64,000 nt of DNA, from positions 1,745,682-1,809,681 of the forward strand of contig NC_069127.1 in NCBI RefSeq assembly GCF_026914265.1. The letters run 5' to 3'. Origin of the DNA: Mya arenaria (Eukaryota). The position numbers and the translations under genes are program-made. Below the pieces are notes generated by a model. It was not told the origin of the DNA. It did not search any database and worked only from the letters and a program-made list of their open reading frames with translations. Shown one piece after another: positions 50,090 through 63,575 of this stretch; the stretch's first letter is position 1, and each line of letters opens with the position of its first letter.

Positions 50090-50560
50090 ACCAGTGTGTG
50101 TATACCACATGATAAAATTACGTCATAAATGCTACGTCGGAAGGCAACATTTTGCTTAAAATAAAGTCTTAAATCAAAGATAACTTTTCTTTTACTACAC
50201 CATTTTAAATAAAACAAAGGGCAGTCGATGCCGCTTAAAGAGCCCCACCTTTGTTTAATTGCCGAAGTTTGATAAGGTGATAAGTTCCATCAAACACTCC
50301 GACAAACCTGTTTCCAAAATAATGTTTTGACACTGCTCCGTCAGACGGACGTACTGTGAAAAGGTTTGTTGAAGTGTTTTAGGAACTAAACTCTCAATCA
50401 AACTTTGGTAATAGACCGAATGCGGGGCTTCGTAAGTGGCGTAGACTGCGCTATGTTTCATTTGAAATGGTGAAGAAATGGTAAAGTTATCTTTGTTTAA
50501 AGTCTTCATTGGAAGCAAAATATTGCCTTCCGACGTAGCATTTATGACCATCAGTTCGTG
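50090..50560. mobile_element. Second copy of the 470-bp foldback element (same orientation as 28130-28600), right arm truncated
   Basis: Collinear with 28130-28600 at roughly 80-85% identity, with the same central ccgtcagacgg palindrome. A 2x ~30-bp tandem (catcagttcgtgggtttttacccgggcttg) at 50550-50610 follows. Confidence 0.7.
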
Positions 50561-52329
50561 GGTTTTTACCCGGGCTTGCCATCAGTTCGTGGGTTTTTAC
50601 CCGGGCTTGGCTGGACCGAAAGTCGAAGTCCCCGCTTTTCCTCGGACTTGGGGGTGGGGGCGTGGTGGTTACAATTGACAGGTGCATAACTTGAATGTGA
50701 AGGGTCAACATATTGGTGATTCAACCAAAACGTGCAGCATATTAAACGTGGATCAATAAGGAATTAAACAGTCCCGTATCTAAAAATACTACATTTCCAT
50801 TATTCCATTATAATAATTGTTCGACAAGCTGAGCTTGAACGTTTGAGTTCCACCTCTTAATGAATTGGGACCTTTTTTGTTAGTCTAAGAGAAAATAAGT
50901 AACAAACACATGATAGTGGATTATTATAAAACATGATTAATAGCCTGCCACCTAATGAAACATTATGGTAATGTTTATGTCATTTTTCAGCGTTGCATAT
51001 AGTCTGGTTCCCTGCTTACTGATATTCCATTCGAATAACATTAACGAAAACGAAAGTGTTAGGGGAAGGAACTCCAGACTACGTTGCATTAACAATCCGA
51101 GGATTTTTATTCAGACTAACCGTCAATTCGACACAAATCTTTTAGACAAGTCCGTTTTTAAGAGAGTATGCAAAACACTGCAATCAAGACATTCCAAATT
51201 TGACAAACACTGGTAAAATTGTTATTTTCTGGCTTGTCAGCAATTTATCCAAGAATTCAAATTACAGAAATTTTGTCATTATAAACGTATTTTTCGGCAA
51301 AATTTAAGCACGTCCGACATGTATACTTGCAGGTATCGACAGAGTGTGCTTTGAATTCAATTCAAATGTTGCTTTTCTAAGAATTAGATAGGCCGACAGA
51401 TGTTTGTGTATGTAGATGCAATTGGTCACTGGCACCTTATGCATTTCAAATGCAGAACATGAGCATGGCTAGTAGAAAATATTCTCTGGTGGCACCAGGA
51501 ACACGTTTCCTTAAAAAACAATGATTGAATGTCCCTTGTTATTGTTTTTATGGATAATAACTGACTGAACACATCATTTGTAGCATTATGTCAAACATGT
51601 ATACATCATTTTATTTACTTGAGTCATATTTTTCAAGTCGCTGGTCATCTGAATAATGGAAGAAGAGGACGAATACACTGTGGCGAATACATTTTGAGTA
51701 CTTTGTTTTGAAACAATAAGCATACTTTGTTTTTTGCAACATTATGATTACTTTGTTTGTACAACATTACCACACAGCTATTTCAAATTTTCGGCACAAT
51801 CACACACGCGTCATTTGGCGTAATGAATGCGTCATGTAACCTGAGCACACTGAAGACAAAATATGCATTCTTGATAAGTTTCTGTCTGCGACGTGTCAAG
51901 GATATAGTTCGTTCATTGTGTAGCACAAGATCTCCCGGAATGGCAAGGAATAATGAAACACAATCCCTGGTGGGAGAGCTTAACAATATAAAGAATATTA
52001 CCGTTAGGCAAATATAACAATAATCATTTAAGTGGTTTGGATGTGGTGCATTATCGAAATTAAAGCAATGTCATGGTGACGACCTATTGTTGACATTATA
52101 CAATTAAAAAACTGCACTTTACGACTTTGAATGCACTCATTTTGTTGAATCTATATCAAACAATGTTCGAAGAATATTTGTCTGCAATATTTGTTTATTC
52201 AAGTGTTCACATTACGAGATGAGACTATATTTCTCGTATATCATTCTAGTAAATCATTGTTGAACTATGCATCCACTATCTGGAACTCATATCTCCAAAA
52301 CGACATAGGCATTCGATACTACTGGTTTC

Positions 52330-52380
52330 AGGGGAGGGGGGGGGGGCGCACCCGACGCCCCCCCCCCCCCCCCCGTAAAA
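52330..52380. repeat. G-run / C-run inverted repeat (G11CGCACCCGACGC C16) capable of a pure G:C hairpin
   Basis: Read directly from the sequence. Confidence 0.8.
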
Positions 52381-53435
52381 AAATCGTCTAAAGTTTAATT
52401 TTCATTTCAAAATAACAGAAAAAAGTAATAAAATACGCCCAAAATGCACCATTTCGGGCAAGGAATTTTCAAAATGTTCAAGAGGGACTTCGCCAAACCC
52501 CTTCCCCGCCAACATTTTAAATCACATTAAATTCGGTAATAAGGGAGGGGCGCAAGACAAACAGTTACGCCCTTAAGTTACGCCCCCTCTAACGTCAAAT
52601 TCTGGATCCCACCCGTGGGTTGTATCTGTAGTGTTTGCTTCTTTGGTGAAATTCAGCTGAAAATTGATGAAAACATACTTATATGGCACTGCATTCCTTG
52701 ATTTCTCAAATAAGCCCTCATATTCATTATGTAAGGCAAAACGAAGTGTCATACTTTTTATCATGATGACTGCTCTTTGTTCCTAGCTCAGAAGAGTCTT
52801 GACACTTTTTCCATCTCCTAAAAGAGCTGGAGCCACTGTTTTGCACTTGTCTGGTAGCAACAAGGTGAAGGTCATTGCTTTAATTTAGATACCAAAATTT
52901 AAACTTGCCAAATTTCGTCATACTCCAGGTTTCATTGCATTGTTGTTGATTCTAGTTGATTAATGTGTACGTAATATAATCTTGCGCACGGAATATGAAA
53001 TAAGTACTTTATTAGAACAACTTTACAAGACCGTGGACGTACGTGATTTAGATCGAGTGCGCCACGTATACCAGGACACACTTATCACTTATTATTAGAG
53101 CAAAAAACTTCGAATATATTTCAAGATAAAATATGAAATTGCCGTTGACAGTTATATCGGCATATATTGTACAGAAAACGTTTGGCTCTACCTTATAATG
53201 TTGTTGTTGCTGTTGTTGTTGTTAATGATGATCATTGATTCATTTTACTAGAGCTGTGCAAGAAGTTCGTAGATATCTTTTTTAATTAAATTTTTGACGT
53301 GATTAAGAAAAAGAACAAATTATGTTAACGGACAAAGGCATGCTGAATACCTGTGGCTTGTAAGTTATATCAATTTTAAATTTAAATAATTGAACATTCG
53401 CTTAATATGTAACTTACTTCAGTGAAGATTTATTT

Positions 53436-53905
53436 TAAAGGGACTCGCTCATGTTTTTGGAACATTTTTTAACCACGGTAATGCCTTTGAAAAACACTTA
53501 TACTTTATTTGTTTACTTTTTGATACCGATATTGCAGAAAAACACAATTGAAGTTAAAAACAGATCAGGGAACTCAGACACAAGTCTTTAGTGAATACAG
53601 CACCTAGCGTTAATGAGGAGCTAACCCAAACCGATACAGTCATTTTTTTTTAGAAAACTGTCAACAAAACCACTCGCCCACATAAGACTCTTACATAAGC
53701 TGGGGATAATTTAACGTAAAGCTGTTTGTAAAAAAGCGTTACTATCGCTATTCCGAAACGTGGAATTCAAAGACAATTTATAAGCATATATCAACATTTG
53801 CTGAACGGTTCTAGCCGTCCGTATCTTTGTTTTAACACTCCTTTTTGCCACACTTTATTTCGTCTTAAAAAGTGCATTTTACAAGACATGAGCGAGTCCC
53901 TTTTA
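53436..53905. mobile_element. MITE-like element of about 470 bp bounded by the inverted repeat aaagggactcgctcatgt / acatgagcgagtcccttt
   Basis: 18-bp perfect terminal inverted repeats. The internal segment (atcaacatttgctgaa...ccacactttatttcg...) recurs partially at 54595-54725. Confidence 0.5.
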
Positions 53906-55532
53906 TACTCTGAACGATTCATTATTTCACCTGTATAATGTAAATAAAATTAGAACAGAGATGATTGTTTTTTTTTTTTTTTTCTGGAAACAGGAACCGG
54001 CTGATTTTAAAATCATCAAAGAGTATTAAATGATGAGACATTCATGATATTCATGATGAATAGGAAATTATGTTCTACAGTTGTTATCAGTACTAGAAGC
54101 AATCGTTTAATAATACGTGTGGTTAAGACATAAAACAGACAGGCTTGTACCATCATTAATACTATCTTTGTAAGTAAAATCTATCTCACTATCAAATTAA
54201 TGGGATTTATTTTCTAAGAATGTGTTATAATCAAAATCGATTTACTTTTTGCAACATTAATGAATCAAGATAAAGTATAAATCACAGGTTTTATTTCATG
54301 CACTGGGTATCTTCACGACGATTCCCGTTTTTTGAAAGTCAATCTGTTTTCTTTACACTCAGTAATAGTGAGACTGTCTTAGACATTAATATTTTACCTT
54401 ACAGTATCTAAGAGTTATATATATTTAACATGCTTCAGTGGATGGGGACTTAAATCGCCTGCTCCACTAGATCACTAGGACTTCAATACATGTTGGTGAT
54501 CTCTCAACATTTATAACATAACGTAATAATGTAAATCAACCAATCACGCAACAACAAAGCATGGCAATTGTGGTCTTCAATGACGATAATTGAGCAAAAA
54601 TCAACATTTGCTGAAGTATTCCAGCTTTTCATTATCTTAATTTTAACACTCTTACTAATTTACCACACTTTATTTCGGCATGCATTAAAGGTGCGTTTTA
54701 CGGAAACATAAGCGAATACCTATCGGCGATTTTTCACTAAACACCATTGATGCTATGCTCCGTCCACTTATCTGCCTTATTAGCATAAAGTAAATGTCAG
54801 TGGACCGGTTTGGAATTTTGTGGGTATTTCCCATACATTTCTTCTTAATTAAGCATCATGTGGACCTCGGGAATTTATTAAACATTATATGAGACTCTAT
54901 CATAGTTATGTACTCACTTTTTCTCTTATTATTTTATCCTAAGTGGCACTGTGGCTTTAACAGTTTTGAGGACAAATAACCGACCTAAACCTACACTTGC
55001 TAGGAGAAAGGGGAGAAGCTAAAACATTGCATACCGTCCTTGTAAATATTGTTATGTCAGTATTTTAATGTAATAACTCTTGATTTTTGTAGAAAATTCA
55101 ATTGTTCTGATATGTCAGTAGGTAGCACTTCATATAAACAAAACTTTAAGTAAATCAGCAGCCCCTTTCCACATGTGGCAAACATATGTAATGGCATGTT
55201 AATGAGAAATATATTAAATATAAGGTTATTTAAATCTGGGTATTCGTTTTTAATAACACCCGCTTCTTTGCAAGGTGCTGTGCTGAACTGTTTCATAAAC
55301 CATACAAGTGATTTGATGCTGTTTCATAAACCATACAAGTGATTTGATGCTCTCAAAGAAATCATTCAATTTCGTAAAATGTTTTACAAACATGATTAAA
55401 TAAACACAAATCAATTCGATTTTGTTTTGACTATAGTAGTTGTGTTAAATAGAACAGAAACATGTTTTCGCCAACAGCATTATGCATCTTATAAGACCTG
55501 ATGTTAGACATGAATACAAGTCTATGGTTACA

Positions 55533-55573
55533 AGAAGAAGAAGAAGAAGAAGAAGAAGAAGAAGAAGAAGAAG
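55533..55573. repeat. (GAA)n microsatellite, about 14 units
   Basis: Read directly from the sequence. Confidence 0.95.
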
Positions 55574-58535
55574 CAATTATGACTTTTCAATACACTTTAG
55601 TGCTTTGACGTAATTCTTGAACAATGTGCTACATTATTTACCCATTAATCAAACGGTTTATCATAAATGCGTATACTGTTGCTGAATTTATACTGTTTTA
55701 TTATGTTGGTTTGATATTGAAAATGTGAAGATACCTGCCTTTGAAATTTCAAGTTGTGTTGTCACAGGATCGTGTTGTTGTTTTTTCAAAATGTTTTTCT
55801 TCTTGGCAAAAACGGTGTACCATTGTCAGGTCGTACATGTCTTTGATATGGCTCCATGTGGAAATTGTACGTACCGTCTTTTATCGATAACCTTTTTCTC
55901 ATGGACTGGAGAAGTACAAAGTGTGTTATGTCGCCACTGGGCTTTCGCATTATTTGATAAATTGCATTTGCTAGGCTTTGGTACAAACATTCATGTTAAT
56001 GCCACATGGCCATCAGTACAAATTGTTCGACCAATATGTATATATTCAATGGTTTTATATTAGAAAAAGTCATAAATATTTTTTATTGCTATATTTATAT
56101 ACCTTTATTTTACTTACCGACATGAATAATTAATTCAATAAATCAGGTGAGTTGATGTACTTTTATGTGATTCAAAACAATTGGATAAAAGCAGGATGTC
56201 TATACACAGTAGAAGTACATTTGATCTTACTTGACGGTTGTCTTCAGAAGTTAACGTACTGCGTGTTTTTCAGGAGAAATGTGTCTGAAAAGCACGGAAT
56301 GCGCAACGCTAACATAATACACGACAGTGTTGTTTATGGACGTCTCTTGTCATTTGTCTGATACTGTTTGATTTACATCTCCAATGTATGGAAGCAACCT
56401 CTTCAGCCAAGTGATTTGAAGAGTACACAGATCAAACTGCGCACTTATCAAAGCTGTTTCCTTTTACAGTGCAAGAATAAATGCTATTGCAAATATCAAG
56501 CATATTTTTAAAGGATGAAACTCTCAACAACGGGCTTAAGCCTTGGAAACTAATTTCCCATAATTAATTAACGAATTTCACTGTTGAACAAATTCTGTTT
56601 GGTCAACAAAATTACAATGGTAACTAACCGAGTAGACAACTTGTTAACGAAAACGATGATTATAAACACAAGGTTAAGGATTAACTGAATTTTAATACAT
56701 AACGCAAACCAGCTACAGGCATTCAATATCTTCATGATCAAGTTCACAGACTGGCCATAGTAAATTTGGAGCTGCGAAAAGAAAAAGTATTCGTCAGTGT
56801 TATGGATGCTCGTTCTTGTCACTAAGGCCTAATAGAGAACATGAAATGTAACATATGATCTACCCCTCGCTTAGAATATTGCATATCTCATAGTTTCTCA
56901 GTCGTTGGGTACATATTTTTGATATTTGATGAATTGATTGGATTGATGGTCCTTTCGTTGAAACGTTTTATTTATATTCTGTAAACTCGTTCCTGACACT
57001 AGAATGGTAGCCATAAAAGATCGATGTACCGCAAAATTTCACATTCTTGTAATTACCGATACTTAAATAAAGAATGTCTACATGTCAACATATATTTGAT
57101 TCAATACGTATATGAAAAACTATAGAAACAAGCTTAGTAGTCGAAAGTTTAAACATAAACCCCGTTTAATGGCACAGGGTAAAATATATAGAACACAAAA
57201 ACAAACAATCACAAACAAGAAACAGCACAAAACTCCACAAACAACACTACATATATACTATATAAAAACTAGGGGTGTAAAGCCAAGTTCTGTCTGTTGT
57301 AAATATTTGGCTACAAGGAAGACAAAAAAGTATCATGAATAACAATCGGTGAAAAAATCTAACCGAACAAAAATCAGGATTACGTGAGAATGCCATACCA
57401 CGCCTATTTATTGGAATATGTCAATTAAAACATAGCCATGAAAGTAGCACAATAATATGTATTCGATCATATATATATATATATTTCTTTCATGCTTTTC
57501 GATGAAATATGGGGTTTAACCAGTGAAATAACAACAGTGAAAATATCAATTTGATATTTTCACTGCAAAATAAGGAGTGAAAATATCAACTTTCAGAACT
57601 ACTTTAAATTCCTTGGTTGTTACATGTACTTGCCTACTGGACTTCAATAAATTCTGTCAAAAAATGTTAAAAAAATATTAAAGAAATGTTTAATAAATTT
57701 AGATAAATATATAATTGGAAATTAACAACTTACCGTTTATTACCGGTTATCCCGTTTATCAAACATTTTACTGATCTTTGAAGCTGAATGTTCGAACATT
57801 TGCCTTCATACCAAACAAATTACAGACAAAAACAACTGTTCGAACATAAACAAAATTTTATATCATCGTTCAAATGTATTTTGAACTGTTAACCATTGGA
57901 GTACGTAAATTGAGCTTCCTAGAGAATTCACACAACAATTTACAGATAGATCCGATATTTTTTACCCCACCCACACCTCAAAATGTGTCAACAAACTAGC
58001 GTGGCATTTACTCTTTATCTGGAAAACAAACATTTTAAAGCGAAACAGACTGGTCTCTGACAGTAAGATGACTGAATATTAACTTACTATAAAACACGCG
58101 TACATGCAGTCTTAAACTAAGGTTAACTAATGGTTAAAATCCAATGAGTATCCACATTTGTTTTGCTAACACATTTGACCTTCCAAATTTTCATTCTTTA
58201 AATAGCGGCGTAGTAATTTGGTTATGTTTTCATGTCCATCTTAAAATAAAAAGTGTTTTCATTATTTTTGGAACATATGTGCACTAATAATACTTCATTG
58301 TTTACTGTTCATAAAGCTTTGCAATAAAAAACGAGCGAATATTAAGCTATAAGAATGAATAGCAGAGAACTATTTCTCAGCAAACCGAAAGTAGAAAAGT
58401 TGACAGCTATAATTATGCATGAGGGGCGCCCCACGGGTAGCGGCGTAAAGCCCACCCTTTTCAAAAAAGGGGGTAATCCAGAAATGAATAAAAAACAAAT
58501 AAAACTCCGAAAATAAGCATAAAAGAAACAGAAAA

Positions 58536-58640
58536 TTTGTTTATTTCAGTGTAAGATTGTATTTAATTTCACTCGTGATCATAAAAAAACTACATTTTCA
58601 CTCGTGAAATAAAATACGATCTTACACTGAAATAAACAAA
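58536..58640. mobile_element. Hairpin MITE-like element (arms tttatttcagtgtaagattgtatttaatttcactcgtga), same family as 677-826
   Basis: 39-bp inverted arms with 2 mismatches. It shares ttcagtgtaagattgta...tttcac with the element at 677. Confidence 0.55.
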
Positions 58641-58644
58641 TATC

Positions 58645-58774
<130 letters not shown>

Positions 58775-61700
58775 TTTCCGATCATATATATAGAGTTTGC
58801 TCTGCTTGTGCTTTTGGGTTCATGAATGACACGTTGTTTGTTCAATTCTGTAAACAACGGTCAAATAAGATCGAATGAACATTTTCATTTATATGACCAT
58901 CAATATTTTATCTAATTATCTTGGATGTTTGGCATAAATTTACATCAACTTCCCTGATTTAGTGAAGTAATTAATCATATAACACTGTTGGTGTGCTGTT
59001 CACTGATGTAACAAGTGCTTTCTCTAGACATTCAAGTTGAACGGTCGATTAGGATTATATTTTGAGTAAAACAAAAGTAAATGATATTCTCGTATATGTA
59101 AAAAATGCGAAATATGAACTTTAGTTTTTTTTGAATGGACGTATTTGTAAACTAATATGTTCAACTGGACATATGACATTATCATGCATGTTTGTATCAA
59201 AGTTAGCATTTACTGATTATCGATTATCAAGTAATACGAAAGTACGGTAGCAGTTCTCATTTTAAGGCTAAGGAAGACGTTACGGACAACATTTACAAGG
59301 TACAACTTGCAAGAAATGCACGATCTTGCTTACAATGGCACACGTATAAATCCAGTCCGCATTTGCTAAGAAAAACATTTCGGAAAAAACAACTGAACTC
59401 TGACAACACTTAACTCGAACTTCGAAGGGCGGGTATCCTTACAAACCCAGTATTAATGTATCATTATAAAAAAAGTTAAGTTTTCGCAATAGTGCACGCT
59501 AAGGCATTCTCCTGTAAATTTTGAATATATGGAAAAAGGCGTAAAACATTGTTCAAAAATTACATCAAAGCAGCAATCATATTGAATATGAATATATATT
59601 TTCCATTGATATCAATGTCAACTCAACTCAACTCATCTTTATTTCCACCATTAACGGTGATATTCATATTATGTACAAATAGGTACTATGAAGTCATGAT
59701 ATCTATATACATGATATATGTACATACACAAAAAAATAGCATATTATATCAACATGCATATTGAGATTGTGTTTGTATCCTTTGTATCAAACTTAAGGTG
59801 TAAGTCTTATATCGAACACAATTATGCACTATTCACGAGACAGTTATACATAAATACAAACAATCGTCTCAAGAATTGTTTTCGCACTGCTTGGTAATTC
59901 TGTACACTTAGTTCTGCCCCAAGAAGTGCTAAGAAAAACATTACGCATTTAAAACAGACATATATATCTAAACAAACCTCTGTTGACCACACAAATTAGA
60001 TCTGAAATTGTAAACACAATATAATACAAAGTATAAGACAAAATCACGTTTTAATGGAAATATATAGAAACTATTTTGAATATTTTAAAAAAGCTGCAAC
60101 TGCTACGTATGTTTCGATGTGGTAAGTGTAACTTCTATAAGCATGTATGAGTGTGAACTACTTTTTCGTCACGTCATTCAACCTCTGATTATTTTGCATT
60201 GGAAAGTGTTATATATACAGTATGCGTTTTATGCATATATCAATGTTTTGCTTTTACCGGTGGGGTGGGGGCAGAAGAAAACCAATGATAGCTTTATAAA
60301 GAATATTCCAATAATACTACTAATTATTTTTCTAAAATTGAAAAAAACAACAAAAAAAAAACACACACATAAGAAACCAAAATGAAAGAAAATTATGCAG
60401 ATATTCAATGGATTAGATTGAATACAAACGTACACACGCGATCCGAATAACTGAGGTTTGTGATGTTTATAGCGCATTTGTGATATAATGTAATTTTGAT
60501 TTGCGTGCATAGTAGACCCCAAAAGCCAATACTGGATTGGAAATGATGCTCATACTGCACACTGATGCCTCATAAGTAGGCCTCAGTAAAGTTGTATATC
60601 AAGACAGTAAAGACCGCTTTAAGAACAATTACCCGGCGCATAAGCTGGATTTCGTGTGCTTAGATGCCAGCAGTGATGGCTGTATTGAAGAACTATAACT
60701 TCACTCACTGTTAGCGAGCTGGACGTCGAAACTATTACGTTGAAGTGTTGGCTCGTGTTGAGATCGAACTAGAAACAATTGCAGCGATAATTACCACTAC
60801 AACTACAATATCAGAGCGGACACGACTTTTTCTGAGTACAGTGAATCCGGAATTCTTACCGGAAGTCTGCAGTGCACATCACAAAATACCTGAAGAAATG
60901 CTGGAAAGATACTGACTGAATACCAACTATTTTATTCATCAACGTATAATACATGACATATTAAAACACATACGAGTACATATGTACAAGTAAGAGAAAT
61001 GGGTCAGAACGGAAGATAAATAAATAACACTAAATTATTCTCCAAACATTGGAGACACTACATGATTAGTGACGGACATAACTTAAAACTCACAATATAA
61101 ATGCCATAAAAAGTGGGTTGAGTCTATATAGAAATATCTAAGTCGATTGTTAATACGAATTATGCAATATTAAGGAATAAAAATCAAACAAAAGATAGAA
61201 AAAGAGGTTATACTGACTGATGTACTGATAATGAACAAAGAAATGTTCGTCTGACTGCCTCGATAAAGCTATGTTTAAAATAGTTTACTTGTTGGAAATC
61301 ATATGCTATAATAAGGGTGGGAAAGAAAAAAGAGTGTTACAGGGAAGAATGAGATTGGTTGTAATATTAAATCAAATGTCAAAAATTCCTCTGACTGAAA
61401 TGATGATCACTGCTGAATAACTTCGTTTTCAGTTCGACTGGGTAATTGTATAGTTGAGAAATATAATCAGACGCTCATACAGATGTAATCGACTGTTGAC
61501 GCAGAGAAAAAAGCTGACTGGATGTCGTATGTTGCATCCTTTTGTCACGCATACAACAAATATAAGATTGAATACCCAAAAGAGTTCCAGGAAAGATTTC
61601 AACACACATACAGGAAGAAGAAATAGTAAGCTGTTAAAGCACATTCATCGAAGCTTCAACGTGATGATCATGTCATTGTCAGGAACTTTACACAGGGAGG

Positions 61701-63249
61701 TAAGAGGAAGATTGATGACCGACGGGAGGAACAACTGTATGTGATACTTTCCAAGCCAAATCAGGGATATACTTGTGTTCGGTTTCAGGAGAAATGCACC
61801 ACATACCAAAACACTTGGAACTTATACATCGGAAATTAATGCTTCCGTCCTTCAAACGTCCCCAGAGTCCCCAAAGTACGTTATACCACATTGCCGCTCT
61901 GGTGTCAGCGATGACATTTTGTCCGACGATGATTTACCTGCTGTTCGACGTTCACAGCGATCAAGAAGATTTGACTACGGTATATTAGGTCTATGACATA
62001 AAATGATGACTACAAATTCCCCGCAGTGCTGAGCCATTGTTATTCCTGTGCAATAAATATCTATTTATGCTGATAATTGTAAACATTAATGCAGGTAATA
62101 CATATACTCTGAGAAGAATTTAAGAATGATGATTTTCTTTGTATTCATCGATAGTAGTATAGGTCATTATATGTAACGTGCTTCCTTCATTGTTTCGATG
62201 TATTGATTAACGATCGCACCATTGTTTGCCTTAACTGACTTTGAGTACACGTATTTGTACGTGTTCCATATTACATACTGTGAAATCATTCATATTTTTT
62301 GGAACATAAATTTTCGTGTTTTTTTGGGTCGGGTTATAAACGAATTCCAAGATCCCAATGAAAATTGGACCTTTAATTTTCATCTTATGTTGCCCATGTA
62401 AAAAACCGTACATGCTGGTCTTAAAAATATAAATAAAACTCCCTAATTAACTTTTGCTTATAAATGACTGCAACAACGAATTGCCAAGTAATGCGAAAGC
62501 CTAATGGCGACTTCCTGGTTCTTATTTCATATTAACATTGTATACTTTTCCGTTTCTCGTTCTAGTTGATGGCCAATCGGCATCAGGCGTTGAATTATAC
62601 CAAACAGATAAAGAACACATTGAACACCGCAAATTTAATGTGACTGTCTCGTGTGTTAAAGGTTCTATTTGCGTTGTTAAGACATTCATTAAAGGTGTTG
62701 TCTGCTAACAAGGGATGCAATGCCATCGTTGGCTAGTAAGTATAAGGCTGTCATATACCATTGTAAGGGAGCAACAAAAACACGTGACCACAGGTGCGAA
62801 CGACCACGGAGAAACTGAGACAACAAAACGTATGTTTTTGATGTTTTATTTATTATCTTGAATCGAATTAAAACAAGACATAGCCCACGGTACGCCACAT
62901 AATTTCCGATTTCATGTGGTATACTGTCTGATGTTTTGGTGTTGTAGTTTTTGAGAACATTCAATAACAAATTTTGAATCGGCGATGCAGACGACCACAC
63001 ATTTAGTACATCTTGCAAAAACTGTGCTAGAACGGCTAGTTTCGCCTGGTTCTTTACGAAAAACACATATTAAAGCAAAAATATACCATTTAGAGTACCT
63101 TTGCAAGGCGTATTGATGTTTTTGAAGGCAATATTAAAATATCAAATTATGCGAATAACCACACTCGAGAATTTTAGGCGAACGACCACACCTTTTAAAT
63201 TAAATTTGAAGGGGATGCGAATAAAGCCTCCGTGATGTCAATGTTTTTT

Positions 63250-63575
63250 TTCTAATGATAATATATTTGCGTTGCAAATTTTAGACCCGCGAGCTTTCTT
63301 CCAGAATGCAATTTAATCATAATTAGTTTAAACATATTTATTTTACAACGATTGTGAAACAAGTTATTACAACATTATATTAATCACTCTCGTTGGCACG
63401 ATTTAACGCGATAGTGTGGTCTTGTGTTGTGGGGGAAACCGGAGAACCCGGAGAAAACCCACTTGTCCGGCTTGGTGACCACAAACCAAACTCACATGCG
63501 CCCAAGCCGGGAATCGAACCCGGGTCGCCTAGGTGAGAAGCGAGTGCGCTAACCACTGCGCTAACCGGACAACCA
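63250..63575 (-). mobile_element. tRNA-derived SINE with A box TAGCGCAGTGG and B box GGTTCGATTCC, plus a conserved central domain
   Basis: The reverse complement of 63497-63572 reads ggttgtccggTTAGCGCAGTGGTTAGCGCactcgcttctcacctaggcgaCCCGGGTTCGATTCCCGGcttgggcgca. The acceptor stem pairs imperfectly, so I call it a SINE rather than a tRNA gene. The body includes gtgggttttctccgggttctccggtttcccccaca. Confidence 0.6.

Noticed and set aside
63497-63572. Possible tRNA gene on the minus strand
   Set aside because: A and B boxes and the T-arm are present, but the acceptor stem pairs poorly and the anticodon arm is irregular. It is continuous with a SINE body, so it is called a tRNA-derived SINE head rather than a functional tRNA.
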